NCBI GenBank assembly: GCA_964607835.1
Contig: CAZSLL010000002.1
Coordinates: 20,014-84,013 of the forward strand
DNA: 64,000 nucleotides
From: an uncultured archaeon
GTDB taxonomy: Archaea > Aenigmatarchaeota > Aenigmatarchaeia > QMZP01
Direction: 5' to 3'
Shown here: positions 1-15,000 of the stretch, piece after piece
Layout of the letters: each line of letters opens with the position of its first letter
How positions within the stretch are numbered: the stretch's first letter is position 1
Notes under the pieces: model-generated
Seen by the model: the letters and a program-made list of their open reading frames with translations, nothing else
The model's database searches: none
Told to the model about the DNA's origin: nothing
Program-made: the position numbers and the translations under genes

Positions 1-3000
1 TGGCCATACCTGTACGAGCTCGGCCCGGCGCTGGTGGAGCACTCGGGCGAAACCTTCAGGGAGGCCAGGCCCTGGCAGTTCGCGGTGGACCCGGGCATGT
101 GGCTGGAGTTCGTTTCCCCCACCCCGGAGGACGGGCACTACACCAGCGACCGCTACGCCTTCATAAACGTCTCCCTGAACAGGACAGGCCAAGTCTCTGC
201 CTTCATAGACTGGGACCGCTCCCTGGTCGGGCACTGGGGCTTTGACGAGAACGCGGGCTCTGCTGTGACAGACAACTCCACCTGGGGAAACAACGGTACA
301 GTGATAGGAACCCCGGACTGGACAACGGGCGAGTTCGACTATGCCCTGGGTTTTGACACCACCAACAACATCACCATAGGAAACGCCTCTTCCCTGGACC
401 TGTCGGGAAACATGACCGTGGAGCTCTGGGTGAACTCCACATCTGACTGGTCGAACGTGGAGGCCTGGGTAAACCCCAACAGAACCTACACCACGTGGGC
501 CAACTCATCATTCAGCTACAGGATGCCCTTCGTTATTGAGTCTGACGTTGCCCAGGACGAGTACCAGGTGCTCATTGACCTCATGAACAGCGGTGAGAAC
601 CAGTTCGACTACGACAGGGTGGACAGCGAGGGAAATGACATAAGGTTCTACGACAGCGACAACAACCCCTTGCCCTACTGGATACACTACTGGTGGGACG
701 AGGGCAACTCCACGATATGGGTCAAGACCGACGTCTCTGCGGGCAACACCACCATATACATGTACTACAACTCCTCTGAAATAGACTACAGCGAGTCCAG
801 CGCAGAGGGCGTGTTCACATACGACACCACATACGAGCTCTACATGAACTTCAATGATGACGCAGAGGGTGATACATGGTACGTGGCCTCATACTTCGAC
901 GACACAGACGTTGTATTCGAGGGTCTTGACACCACGCTCTCGGCCAGGGGCAAGGACACCAGTGAGACCATCACAGATAACCACAACACTGTCCAGGCAT
1001 CAGGCCCAATAATGGGCAAGCCCTACGGCGAGGACATGGACGGCCCCATGCCAATATCAAGGTCAGGCACGAAGATAGGCATTGCCTGCAACAGGGGGAC
1101 AGACTACTTCTCTGTTTGCTCCCCGTGGGGCTCCGCTGAAGTGGACGTTGACTGCCAGTCAGGGACAGACGACACAGGCAATTCCGTTTCCGAGGGCACA
1201 TGCATCGAGATAACCGGGGCCAGCTGCTCTGACGGCTCAGGCTACAATGACGCCAGCATACTAATCACGTCTGATATCCCGGTAATCGTGAACTATGACG
1301 GAGGGACCCAGGACACCATGATGCCCGGGGGCTCTGACAGCGCAAGCTTCGCTTCCAGGGCCTTCAGCGGCCACTGGTTCGGCACGGGCAACAACAACGC
1401 AAAGATTACCTCGGTGTCCGGGACAGCCAGCTTTGATGTGTACACCCAGGAGAGCGACGGGGACTATGACTCATCCACCGGAAACTCGGTCAGCGAGAAT
1501 GACGGTGACGACCTCTGCGGATACACCAATTCAGGTACCTGCAGCAGTAACGGCGAGGGCCCTGCCTTCCACATAATCGGCGACAATGTGGCCATGAACC
1601 AGATAGCAGACGGCGACGGAAGCCAGTCCTACACCTGGAGCAAGTACGAGGAGCTTGATACAGAGTACATCATCCCCACCCCGGTCCAGTACATAACCGT
1701 GGCCGCACCGTTCAACAGCACCAACGTGACCATATACACACTCAGCGGCACCTACGTGGACAGCGACCTCATGGGGGGAAGCCAGGACTGGCCCTATCCC
1801 CAGCAGGAGTGCTTCGGCAGCTGTGACGACAGCTCCACATGGCAGAGCGACCTCTGGGTTGTGGCTGACAAGCCCATACACGTCATGTACGAGGACGATT
1901 CAGGAGGCTCGGCCAACGAGGACGAGAGCGAGGCGTGGGGCAGGATTCACGGAAGGCGCTACCACCCCAACGTGAGCCTGCCTGAGATGGGCTCTGAGCA
2001 GGGGTACGACAGGCTCACCTACATGAACACAAGCATGCTCATCGAGAAGGGAGACTCGTTCAGGCTCAGCCTCGTTGACCCCCAGGACCCGGCATCGAAC
2101 ATGGCTGATTCTGCCCTGGTGTCCAACGAATGGCAGCACGTGGCCATGACCTATGACGGCTCCTACATAAGACTCTACATAAACGGGACCCTCATGGAGT
2201 CCAGCGCATTCACAGAGCCGCTTGCCTCGTCTGCCGGGGAAAACCTGAGCATAGGCCTTAACATCAACGCCACAATAGACGAGGTCAGGCTATGGGACAG
2301 GGCCCTTGACCAGCAGGAGATTCAGGCCAGCTACAACGCCAGCGCGAACAGCCTGTACAGGAACTTCACCGGACTCGTGGAGGGAGAGTACAGTTTCTAC
2401 GCCTTTGCCATCAAGGGCGACTTCAACTACACAGAGACCAGGGACATAACCATAGACTACAATGCACCTGGCCTGGAATTCGTGTCCCCCACAGAGGTCA
2501 ACAACAGCTACATATTCCGCAACTACACAGAGGCCAACCTCTCTGTGTCTGACATGCTGAACACCTCAACCCTCATAGACTGGAACTATACCCTGAGGGG
2601 CTGGTGGGATATGGATGCGGAGGTCAATGACATCCTCCAGGATCAGTCGAGTTGGGGCAATGACGCGGAGAGGAAGGGCATAGGGCTGGACAAGCCCAAC
2701 ATCACAGAGGGCATGTTCAACAACTCCGTACTGCTGGACGGCGTCAAGCACTACCTGGATGTGGAGTCCTCCCAAAGCCTGAACATCACCAGGAGAATAA
2801 CTCTGGAGGCCTGGGTCAACACAGACAACGACACCCTCATGGAGATATTGGGCAGGGACGATGACGTAAACAATGAGAGGAGCTATGCCCTTTACATGCA
2901 TGGCGACGGGCTGGCCTCCTTTGCCCTCAGCTCTGACGGCTCCTCGGTGACAGAGCTCAACACCACCTCATCGCTCAATGACGGTGAGTGGCACCACGTC

Positions 3001-6000
3001 GCAGGAACCTGGAACGGAAGCAACATGAGCATATACGTGGACGGCTCCCTTGAGGCCTACACTGATTTCTCAGGGGCCCTGTTCGCCAGCGACGAGAAGC
3101 TCCAGATAGGCAAGCGCAATGCAGAGTACTTCGAGGGCAGGATTGACGAGGTCAGGGTGTGGTCCAGAGCCCTCAGCCAGGGCGAGCTCATGATGAGCAG
3201 GGGCACTGAAGGAATTGACACCCTGGGGAACTTCACCCTTCTGGATGACGGCATGTACAGGTACTATGCCGTATCCACTGACCTTTTGGGCCAGAGGAAC
3301 CAGACCGAGACAAGGTACCTGAACATAAACTCAACGCCTGACCTCATAACCCCGTTCTGGACCAGCAACAGCACCACCGCCATCAACGGCACCACCCACT
3401 ACGCAGAGCTCGTCAACTTTACAGTGACCCTGAGGGACAACTACGTGGGAGGCCAGTTCATATTCAGCTATGACAACGGTAGCGGCACGTTCTACAACAA
3501 CAGCGCCTCATACTGGCTTCACCCCACATACGACGTGGTGTCCCAGAAGAACATAACCGGGACCAAGGGGGATGTGGTGAGATGGCTCTGGTACTTCAAC
3601 GACTCCTACGGCAACATGAACTCCACAGACACCTGGGAGTTCACTGTCGGCAACGCCCCTCCCGAGGCGCCTACCCTTCTCACACCAACCAGCTACGGCG
3701 AGCAGTCAGAGGGTGTGGAGTTCAACTTCACATACTCCGCAGTGGACGTGGACGAAGAGCCCCTGACATACCACTTCTACTTCGACGGCATCCTCAACCG
3801 CTCCACTACAGATACCTATGTCAACATGACGCTTCCAAAAGGCAAGTACAACTGGTCTGTCATGTCGGATGACGGAATTGAGAATTCCAGCATGAGCGAT
3901 GTGTGGTACTTCTACGTCCTCGAGTGGACAGACTGGTGGAACAAGACCTGGGCCTACAGGAACGTGTTCAACATTACCAACACCGCCGGCAACCTGACCG
4001 AGTTCCAGGTCTACCTGGACGAGGTTGACACCACCACCCCGATATCAGAGGGCAAGATGCAGTCAGACTGCAGCGACATAAGGTTCGCCAACGACTCCGG
4101 GCACGAGATTGAGTTCTTCGTTGAGCCAAGGTGGTGCAACGACGACGAGAGCAGGATATGGGTTCAGATCCCGTTCCTGGAGAACGATACCACAACCCAG
4201 CTGTTCATGTACTACGGCCCGCTCTACAACGTGACCTCTCACAGCAACGAGCAGGCCACATTCAACTATACAGAGCGCACCCCTGTACTCATCCCCCTGG
4301 GAACCAACAACGCCATTGGCGGGCTCAACAGCAGCGTCCAGGCCCTGGACAACAACACCAATGCTTCCATAGGCTCCTGGGAGGAGGGGGACATGGACGA
4401 GTACGAGTTCTTCGGCCTCAGGGGCCAGACCGACTACCAGAACACACAGACCCTCAACTCCACTGGCGCTGTGTTCGCAGACCACGTGGGAAATGGTACC
4501 ACCAGCGACAACGGCGCTGCCCCGGGCGATGCCTGGGTTCCCGTGGGATGGGCAGCTTATGAGTACATGTACCCCTTCAACAGGAACTACAACTATTTCT
4601 TCATGTACTCCCCCTACTCTGACGCCTCTGTGGACGTTTACTACAGTTCGGGCACCTCCTGGCCGGGCTCTGCGGACGAGACCATAACCATTCAAAAGGG
4701 AGGCATCAACATTACCACGGTGAACACTGACGGCAATGACGAATCTGCCCTGCGGGTAATATCCGATGCGCCCATCTCGGTCTTCGTCCAGAGCGGCCCC
4801 AGCAACACAGGCATGGGTCGATACTCCCAGGACAACTTCCCTGCCCACACATATGACACAGACCTCTTCGGAATCCCGTCAAGAGCATTCAACATCGTGC
4901 CACTCGAGGACAGCACCCTCATCAGACTGTACTGGGGCGACGGGGTTTCACAGCTCACCCTGTACTTGGATGGCGGGGAGGTGTACGAGCCACCCAGTGA
5001 GTTCATGCTTCCTGACATTGACAACACTGACAGCGAGGGCAGAATTCAGTCAGCCCATCTCTCCGCAAGCGACCCCATCATGGCCGTGCAGACCGCAGAT
5101 GCTGACGGAACCGACGCCACCACCTTCCTTCCGGAGTACGAGCTCAGCTCCAGGTACGTCCTGCCCCAGGACGGCCAGTACCTCACCATTGCAACCGTGG
5201 ACTCGCACACGAACTGCACGCTCTGCACGCCCGCAGGCTCTTGCGAGGACCAGAGCTCCTCCCCTGACATAGACTACCCCTATCCTGACCACCTGTATTT
5301 CGGGAGCGGTACAGACGGTGCCAACATTCCCGAGGGCTCAGTCCTGGACTGTGACGCCGCGGTTTTCGCATACTACGAGAACCAGGGCGACCAGGGCACC
5401 GCCCATGGTGACGAGCACAACATATTCTCCTACAAAGGGATGAGGAAGTACGCGGACCCCTACCCCACCATAGAGGACACAGGGGAGCAGGACATAATCC
5501 CCGAGATTAATGACACCTCTGTCACGCCATCAGCTGACGGCTGGGGCGCGAGGCACAATTTCAGCGTTTACGCATACGACTGGGACAACCAGACCCTCGT
5601 GGTCAGACTCTACTACTCCGGTTCCTCAGGCGGGCCCTGGGAGTACCTGGACTACACGGTGGCGGAGTACGCGGCCACCAGGCACGAGGTCACTGTGGAG
5701 GACGTGAGGTTCGGGTGCTCTGACATAGGGACCCGGTACTTCTACTTCAACACCACTGACAGCGCGGGCCACTCCGCAGAGGCCTACGGCTCCTCCTTCA
5801 CTCTGCAGGAGGATGACGTCACCCTGGAGTACGTGGCAGGCGACGGCCATACCCTCAACAGGAGCGACTCCCGGACAGGCTACCAGACCGATGTCATAAC
5901 CAGGGTCTATGACGACGACAACGAGACCTATGCCTTCACCGACGATATAGTAGCCAAGCTCTGGGTCACAGAGGACGGCTCTGAGTACGACGACATCGAC

Positions 6001-9000
6001 ATAACCACCAACGACACGGGCCACCTCCAGATTCAGTCCACAGGGGGCAAGTTCAACCCTGACTGCAACTACAGCGTGGGTGCGCAGAACTGGTACATGG
6101 AGGTCCAGGAAAGCGACCCCTGCTACAAGTCAGCCATCTCAGGCATCTATGACATATACATAACAGGAGACCTGCAGAACACCATAACATCCCAGAGCGA
6201 GGGCTCTAACGAGTACAACTCAGGTGACACCATAACCTTCGAGGGAACCGTGGTTGACGACTGCGGCAGCACTGTGAGCTCTTCCGACGTGTACTTCACT
6301 GTGACCCAGGGCTTGTCCACCATAGAGGTGTGCCACGCATCCTGGACCGGTTCCCTCTTCAGATGTGTGTGGTCGGACACCTCCGGCCTGGACGAGGGCT
6401 GGTACAACGTGACCATGAACTCCACGGCCCCGTACTACAACCCAGGGGAGGACATGAGGAATTTCTCTGTGACCAGCTACCCCATACTCGAGGATGCCCA
6501 GGTCAACGACACCTCGGTCACCTGGGACAATGCCCTGAACTTCACGGTCAACGTGAGCGACTCTGCAGGGGACTCAGTGAACGTGAGCCTCTACCTCAAG
6601 AAGACCCCCTTCGACGAGTGGAGTTTCGTGGGCAGGACCAACTGCACGAGCTGCTCTGACACGGTGGTGGGTATAGAGGCCTTCTTTGACAGGGAAAACA
6701 TATCAAGCTCCTGGCAGTTCAAATTCAACGCGACCGACAGCACGGGCTACGGCAACCAGGGTGAGGACCCTGGCGGAGGGTTCGAGGTCACCAAGAAGGC
6801 CCTTGAGTGGCACTACATAGAGGGCAACTTCAGCGTGGCCAACCGGACGGGCGCGCAGACCGCCCTGCTCAGCCTGAGGGCGTACGACGCCTCAAAGGGC
6901 GCCTACCTGGGGGCTGACGAGAACGTGACATATTACGTCACCCGCTCGGGCTACCAGTTCGGCCAGTACGACAGCGGGTACAACGTCACCACCGACGCCA
7001 GCGGGTATGCAAACTACTCCTTCAGCCCCGGATGCTCGCCTGAGTACGTGGTTGGGCTCCAGGCATGGAAGGCCGAGCTCATATACCAGCAGGACTATTA
7101 CACAGGCTATGTCTCAGGAGAGTACAACGTCTCGGTGTGGACAGAAATCAACCTAACCACGGTCTATCCCCAGCAGGGCGAAAACCCCACCTACGACTGG
7201 GGAAACAGTATATTCCTCCAGGGCAGGATAACCGATGACTGCGACAACTCCATAGACAACGCTGACGTCACCTTCAACATGACCACAGGAAGCCAGGAGT
7301 ACAGCTTCTCGCCCACGGGCATAGGGGGCGGGCTGTACCAGGGCTCCTGGGACTCCACAGGCGTGGTTGAGGGCCAGTACAACGTGACCTTCTGGGCCAA
7401 CAAGAGCTACTACTACGCTAACCAGACAGTGAACTCCTTCCCTGACTCCTTCTACATCACGACCACGCCCATACTCAAGCAGGCCAACGCAACCCCGAGG
7501 AGCGACGGCTGGGGGGCCGGCTTCAACTTCACCGTCAACACCACGGACGAGCAGTACGACAACGTCACGGTCATACTGGAGACCAAGAGGTACGGGTTTG
7601 ACTGGAGCCAGACAGGTGACTCCCAGAACTGCACCTCCTGCACCAACCACACCTTCACCTGGAACGAGTCCTACACCTGCGGCCTCATGGCGGGCAACCC
7701 CACCAGGTACTTCAGGTTCACGGGCACGGACGACGAAACCAACACCCACATCACCTCTGTGACAGGCGGGGACTACGTGGACGACGACAACACCTATGTT
7801 CTTGAGAAGGACGACGTGTCCATCTCCATCTATCGGGGGGACGGTCTGCTCGTCAACCGTTCCGGGGGCTCGAACAAGGTCACTGTCTTCCTGACCGACA
7901 CTGACAGGGGGGAGTACCTGCACGACTACGAGGCCACTGTTCGAATGAACCTCACCACCAACACCTCCAACCCGGGCTCAGAGAACAGGACAGTCAACAC
8001 CACAACAACTAACGGAACAGGCCACGCCCACATGACATTCTCACTCGGCGGGGACTGCGGCTATGAGGTGGGCAACCAGACGTGGCTTGCCTACATAGAC
8101 ACAGGGGACACCTGCTATATGAACACCACATCACCCGCCTGGAACGTGACCGTGATGGGAGACCTCAACTCATCCATTGACACGGCATCATACATCCGCC
8201 ACCAGGAGGACCTCGTGAACCTCACCATCAACGTAACAGACGAGTGCGGACGATCCCTGTCCAACGTCAACGTGACCTCGATAGTGGTCAAGAACCAGTC
8301 AACCACATTCAGCTGCAACGACACCATAGACTTCGGGAACGGAACCTTCCAGTGCTCCTGGAACACCACCCAGGATACCCCGCCTGCCAGGTATGACGTC
8401 CAGCTCACTATAACCACGAACGAGTCCTACAACAACGCCACCAGGTACCACACCGACGTGGTGTGGCTCCAGAGCTATGTCAATAACCCACCCGGGTTCA
8501 CAGAGCCATCCTACGCCCCTGAGGGATGGGGCGCTGCCATGAACTTCACAGTGCTCGTCCAGGACGTGGACTACAACAACGTCTCTGTGAGGTTCTACAC
8601 CTCCCCTGACGGGGACCATCCCTGGACCCTCAGGGAGACCAAGCTATGCGAGGAGTGTTTCTACGAGTACGTGAACTTCTCCCTCTGGCACACCTGCCCT
8701 GATGTGGGCCAGACCTACTACTTCAAGTTCAACGGCACAGACCAGAACTACACAGGGGACTGGGACCTCACGGGCTCCTCCTCCCCCCAGAGCTACACCG
8801 TGCAGAGGGACAACGTCACCTTCACACTTCTCAATGGCACGGGCTCCCTGGTCAACAGGCAGGGAAGCCAGATGAACTATCCGCCCATAATCGTGAGGAT
8901 GTACGACAGCGACAACCAGACCTGGGTGGGCTCAGGCGTGAACGGCACCCTCTACGTTACCTCAAACAGGAGCGCGGGCTCTGGATACCAGCAGGCCCTG

Positions 9001-12000
9001 CTCAACACCACCAACTCCAGCGGCGGGCTGCATTTCAGCTTTGACCCTGGATGCTCATATGCCCTGGGCGAGCAGGACTGGCTGGCGGGCTCTGTGAACA
9101 ATACATGCTACAGCACCCAGAACATGAGCCTGGCCTCCAACCTGACCATTATGGGCGAGATGCTCCAGCACGTGCTCGAGGCCAACTGCTCGGGCAACAC
9201 CACGTGCTACGCAGACGAGAACGTGACCATGCAGGTCAACGTAACAGACGAGTGCGGGGTTGCTGTTCCGGACGCCTCGGTGAGCATGAACCTAACTCAT
9301 GACAGCTACACAATCAACTGCACCCCTCTGGTGAACCAGGGCTCAGGGCTCTACAACTGCACCTGGAACGTCAGCGACTCCCCTGGCGGGAGTTATGACA
9401 TAGAGCTCTTCACCAACCACAGCAGCCACAACGAGAACCTCACCACCCACGAGGACATGTTCTTCAGGCAGGTCCCTCCCTCCCTTCACACAGAGGGCGC
9501 TGCCCCGGGCTCTGCCTTCTGGGCGCGCTCTGCTGACGGAAGCCCGAGGTTCACCTTCTGGGTGAATGTCACTGACGATGACGACGAGGTCACGGTGGAG
9601 CTCTGGCACTACGACAACGAGTCAGGGGGCGACTGGGAGCTGGCCAACTCCACTGTGCTCAATGATGCAGTTGGCTACAATGTCTCACTTTCCCTGGCCT
9701 ACAGCAGCATACCAGGCGACATAGGCTACTGGAACTGGAAGATAAACGTTTCAGATGAGATGGGCGCGGGGGACGGGACCGGGGAGCACGAGATAGAGGT
9801 CCTCAGGAGGAACCTCAACATCTCGCTCTATTACGGAAACGCCTCGTCTGTGCACAGGATAAGCAACACGACCGTACTCTCTGTCATGGTAAAGGACGAC
9901 TACGACAGCTTCTCGGTTACCCAGGGCACTGGCAGGTTCTGGGTGACCACAGACGGAACAAACTACGGTCCTGAGCAGGTTCCCAGCTACACCGGAGGCA
10001 TGATGAACCGCACCTTCAACCCCGACTGCGTTTACCAGGCCGGGGTCCAGAAATGGAAGGCAGGTGTAAGGGGGAGCAGCCTCTACAATGACAGGAACTC
10101 CTCCTCCTGGCAGGTGGACGTGTTCTCAGACCTCTACCCTGAAGTGGCCTATCCATACGGACAGTCATACCCAAAAGGGAATGCAGTCCCGCTCAGCGGG
10201 AGCCTCTCTGACGAGTGCGGCCAGGTGGCCGGGGCCACCACAGAGTTCGAGGCCTGGATAGACGGGGCCCAGCTCACCCCCGAGTGCACGCCCTCAGACG
10301 AGGGCGGAGGCATGTACAACTGCAGCCAGAGCACTGCCACAGCCACCTCGGGCATAAGCGCCTGGCACAACGTCACCATGAACGCATCCAAGGTCTACTA
10401 CATAGCCAACTACACCCTTGAGGAGGACGTCTTCAGGGTTGCCCAGGAGCCCGACCTCAAGAGTCCTGGCGTGAGCCCGCCCACTGACGGCTGGGGCGTG
10501 AACTATACATTCTCTGTCACCGTCAATGACCAGGACCTTGACGACATCGTCAACGCCAGCTTCTGGACAGCCCGGGCGAGTTCAGGGCCCTTTGAGCTCA
10601 GGGGATACCAGAACTGGACCAGCGATCAGGCAGACCACGACTTCTACTATTACCAGGAGTTCACGTGCTCTGACTACACGGACGGGGTCTCCAATTCCGT
10701 TTACTACAAGTTCAACGGCACTGACACCATCAACTTCTCTGACCAGACAGGGGTCCAGACGCTTTCCCTGCAGAAGGATGACGTGGGCTTCCAGAACGAT
10801 GTCGGCGATTCCATCACTATTGACAGGGAGGGTTCTGTGACAGGGCTCCTTGGCATCCAGGTCTATGACGACGACAGGCCCAATGACCCGGTGCTGGGTC
10901 AGGGAATCAACGTTTCATTCTGGTCCACCAGGGACGGCATCAACTACTATGTCCCCATGTCAAACACAACCAACGGCACGGGATTCGCCTTCTACAGCTT
11001 TGGCCCTGACTGCAACTACTCGGCAGGCTCCCAGACATGGCAGGCCGGCACGAAAGAGAACACCTGCTATGGGGACCAGAACCAGACCAGCCTGGGGCAG
11101 TCACAGACCCTCCTCATCCTGGGCCAGCTCAAGAACTACCTGCAGCTTCCATCATCAAGCGACTTCAACGTAACCGACCAGATTGACATAAGGCTGAACA
11201 TATCCACTGACTGCCCTGTGCAGGACGGCCTGCTTTCAGGCGCCACGGTGACCATAAACCTCACCAACGATGACACAGGAAACTACTCGGAGTGCTCCTC
11301 AGTGGATGACGAGGGGGACGGCTGGTACAACTGCACATGGGACTCAACCGGATTCGAGGAGGGCTGGTGGTCAGTGAACGTCACGGCCAGCCTGGCCAAC
11401 TACAGATACAACACCACCACGTGGTCGGGCAGGTTCTACCTGGACAACCTCAACATGACAGCTGGTAACCAGACCGCACACCCAGCAGAGGGCGGCTGGG
11501 GGACAAACTACACCTACAACATTACAATCAGCGATGCCGAGAGCGACTGGGTGACGTGCTACCTCTGGACCAACACTACAGGCTCAGGATGGGTCCTCAG
11601 GGGCTCTGACGTGGTCCAGGGCTCGGGCAACTGCTCCATCGTGGTCTCCGGGTTCTCATGGACAGACGTGGGCCAGACCAATTACAGGTTCGCAATAAAC
11701 GACACCTTCAACTCCTTCGAGACCGACAACTTCACGGGCCCGCTACTGCATTATGACTACGTCACCATAGGGCACTATATAGGCAACCAGAGCAACGTCA
11801 ACAGAAGCGGCATCCAGAGCACCCTCCTCTCGGTGTTCGTTAACGACACTGACTACGGCTCCCCTCGCTCTGGCATCAACACCACGTTCTGGGTCTCTTA
11901 CACTAACGGCTCCTCTGACTACGACTCAGGCGGGACCGAGACCACAAATGCCTCAGGCCATGCAGGATACCAGTTCGGGCCGGGCTGCAGCTACACAGTG

Positions 12001-15000
12001 GGAAGGCACCAGTGGAAGGCCGGGGTCACAGACACGAGATACAACAACACCAACACATCAGAGTACCTGGAGCTTAACATCACAGGAGACCTCCTGCCTG
12101 TCATAACAGAACCCCTTGGCGGGACAGCCGGTCTGGTCCTGCAGGGCCAGAACGTGAGCCTCAGGGCGAGGCTGGACTCTGACTGCGGCTCAGAGGTCAT
12201 GAACGATACCAGGGTATCTTTCATATTCGACAACATGACATCAGAGTTCTACTGCCTTCCGCCAGATGACCAGGGAGACGGCTACTACAACTGCACATAC
12301 AACACCTCCTCCCTGGCTGCCGGGTGGTACAACATGACCTTCAACGCCTCCAGGGAATTCTACAACCCCAACTCCACCACAGAGAGCGGTGCATTCTTCG
12401 TGGAGACCGCCCCGGAGCTGTCCAGCCCGGGTGTGGACAAGCTGGTGGGGGGCTGGGGCGAGACCTTCACCTTCTCTGTTGACGTCACTGACCGCGACAT
12501 GGACACAGTGACCGTGAGGGCCTACTACAGGGTGTTCGAGGACGGAACGGGCTGGGGGGACTGGACCCAGATACTGCCGTCCAACCAGACCTCAGGGACA
12601 GGCAGGACCGTGACCTTCACAAAGAACAACTTCCTCACAAGCGAGATTGGCAACCTCACCTTCAAGTTCAACGCCACTGACGACAACACCAACTCCCCGG
12701 CAGGAACAGGAACAGGCACACAGTACTCTGACGAGGTGGCCTATTCAGGCAACCTGACGCTGGAGAAGGACGACACCATACTTGTATATTATGAGGGCAA
12801 CGAGACCAGCGTCAACAGGGTGGGGAGCGACAGCGTGACCTTCAAGCTCGGGGCCCTGGACGTGGACAAGGGATATGAGTACATCCCATACCTGCTCCAG
12901 GGCCAGGTCTGGGTGACCAGCGCTTTCGGGGTTCCTGGCTCGTACATAAAGGACGGTGACCAGGGATTCGTGAGGAACCTCACCTACAGCTTCGACCCCG
13001 CCTGCCAGTACGGCGTGGGCAAGAAGGACTGGAAGGCCAACTTCACCGGCGACTACCACAAGTCAGCGGAGTCTGATGAGTTTAACGTGACCATTAACTC
13101 CGAGTACACTGCCTCCATAGAGTACCCACACGGCCAGAGCTTTGACAGGGAGACGGATGACATACCCTTGAGCATGAGCCTTGACGACGCCGCCGGGTGC
13201 GGCCTGGTGACAGGGGCCACCACAGAGTTCAGCGTGAACGGAAAGGGCAGGGTCTGCGACGGAACTGACATGACAGACGGGCTCTACAACTGCACGGTCA
13301 ACCAGGCCCAGGTGTCCTCCTGGGACTACGGCTGGTACAATGTAACCGGCAACGCCACCAGGGAATACTACCCAGAGGACGTGAACGACACATATGAGGA
13401 CGCCTTTTACCTGGCATCCAGCCCTCTGCTCCAGAATGAGCAGCTCTCATACACCTCTTTCTGGGGGGACCAGGGCAACTTCAGCGTAACCGTATACGAT
13501 GCAGACAACGGCTCAGTTACCGTGTACCTCTACAAGAAGCTGGATGTGGGTGGCGAGTGGGTGCTCCTGGGTTCTGACTCCTGCGTCGGCTGTGACAACA
13601 GCCCGGTCATAACAATAAGCCACGACTTTGACTGCGGTGACATAGGCACCAACTACTACAAGTTCAACGCCACTGACAACTGGGGATACAGCGACGCGAC
13701 AGGTGAGAACGACAACCCATTCACCCTGCTCAAGGACAACAGCAACGTTTTCTACTACACTGACAGCGAAATGACAGTGGACAGGGAAACAGGGTCAGTC
13801 GAGCTGGCTGCTGAGTTCACTGACACAACCCTGAGCGAGCCCGTCCAGCCCGGGACCAACGGAACCTTCTACATCACATACGACGGGGTGACCATGATAG
13901 AGCTCAACAGGACACAGACCAATGCCTCGGGCCATGTCTCCTACATCTTCAACCCCAACTGCACCTATGAATCCCTGCCCCAGGAGTGGATGGTCAGGCT
14001 TGAGGACGAGGCATGCTACGTTGAGGGCCAGACCCCCGCACCCAACTACACCGTGCACTCCATGGGCAACCTCAAGATAAACATGGACACCCCCTACGAG
14101 GGCGAGGAGTTCCAGACCACCAGCCTAATAGACATAAGGTTCAACGTGACCTCTGACTGCCCGCTCGGGGGGAGGGTGAACGACACTTACACAACCATAC
14201 AACTGGTCTCGCCCAGCGGGGACTGGGAGACCTGCTCCAGGAACAACGAGTCAGGCCCGAACAACGGCCACTTCAACTGCACATGGGACTCCACTGACAA
14301 GGAGACCGGGGACTGGGGAATCCAGGTCAACGCCTCCTACGCAAACTACAACGAGAACAGGACCCTTTTCGCTGGGTGGATAAACCTCACCAACGCAGCC
14401 CCTGCCTACAGCAACGAGCAGGTCGACCCGGGCGAGTCAGGATGGGGCGACACCTTCAACTACAGCGTTGACGTGGCTGACGCAGACGCAGACAACGTAA
14501 ACTGCACGCTCTTCGTCTCAACCAACGGGGGAAGCAGCTGGGAGGAGAAGGGTTACATGCTCGTGACAGGTGGCAACAGCAGGTGCTACGTGGAGGTAAG
14601 CGACTTCTCCTGCGGGGAGATGGGAACAGACAACCAGTACTACTTCAGGCTCTCTGACGCCTACATAGAGGTTGACACCCCTGCTTACGACGGGCCCAAC
14701 CTCACCGTGGACTCTGTCAGTGTTCAGCATGTTTTCGGGGATCAGGAGGATGTTAACAGGTCAACAGAGACAATTGGCCTGAGCGTGCTCTTCACAGACA
14801 CCACCAAGGGCCAGGCCCTGGAGCCTGTCACCGCATATCTCAATGTAACCAGGAACGGCCAGGACTACACGTTCCTTGACTCCAACGCCACGGCATCAGG
14901 CTACGCCAACTTCAGCTTCTCCCCTGGCTGCGCGTTCAACGCCACAAAGCATCACTGGAACATGCTCATAAACGATACATGCTTCGAGAACACGACAAGC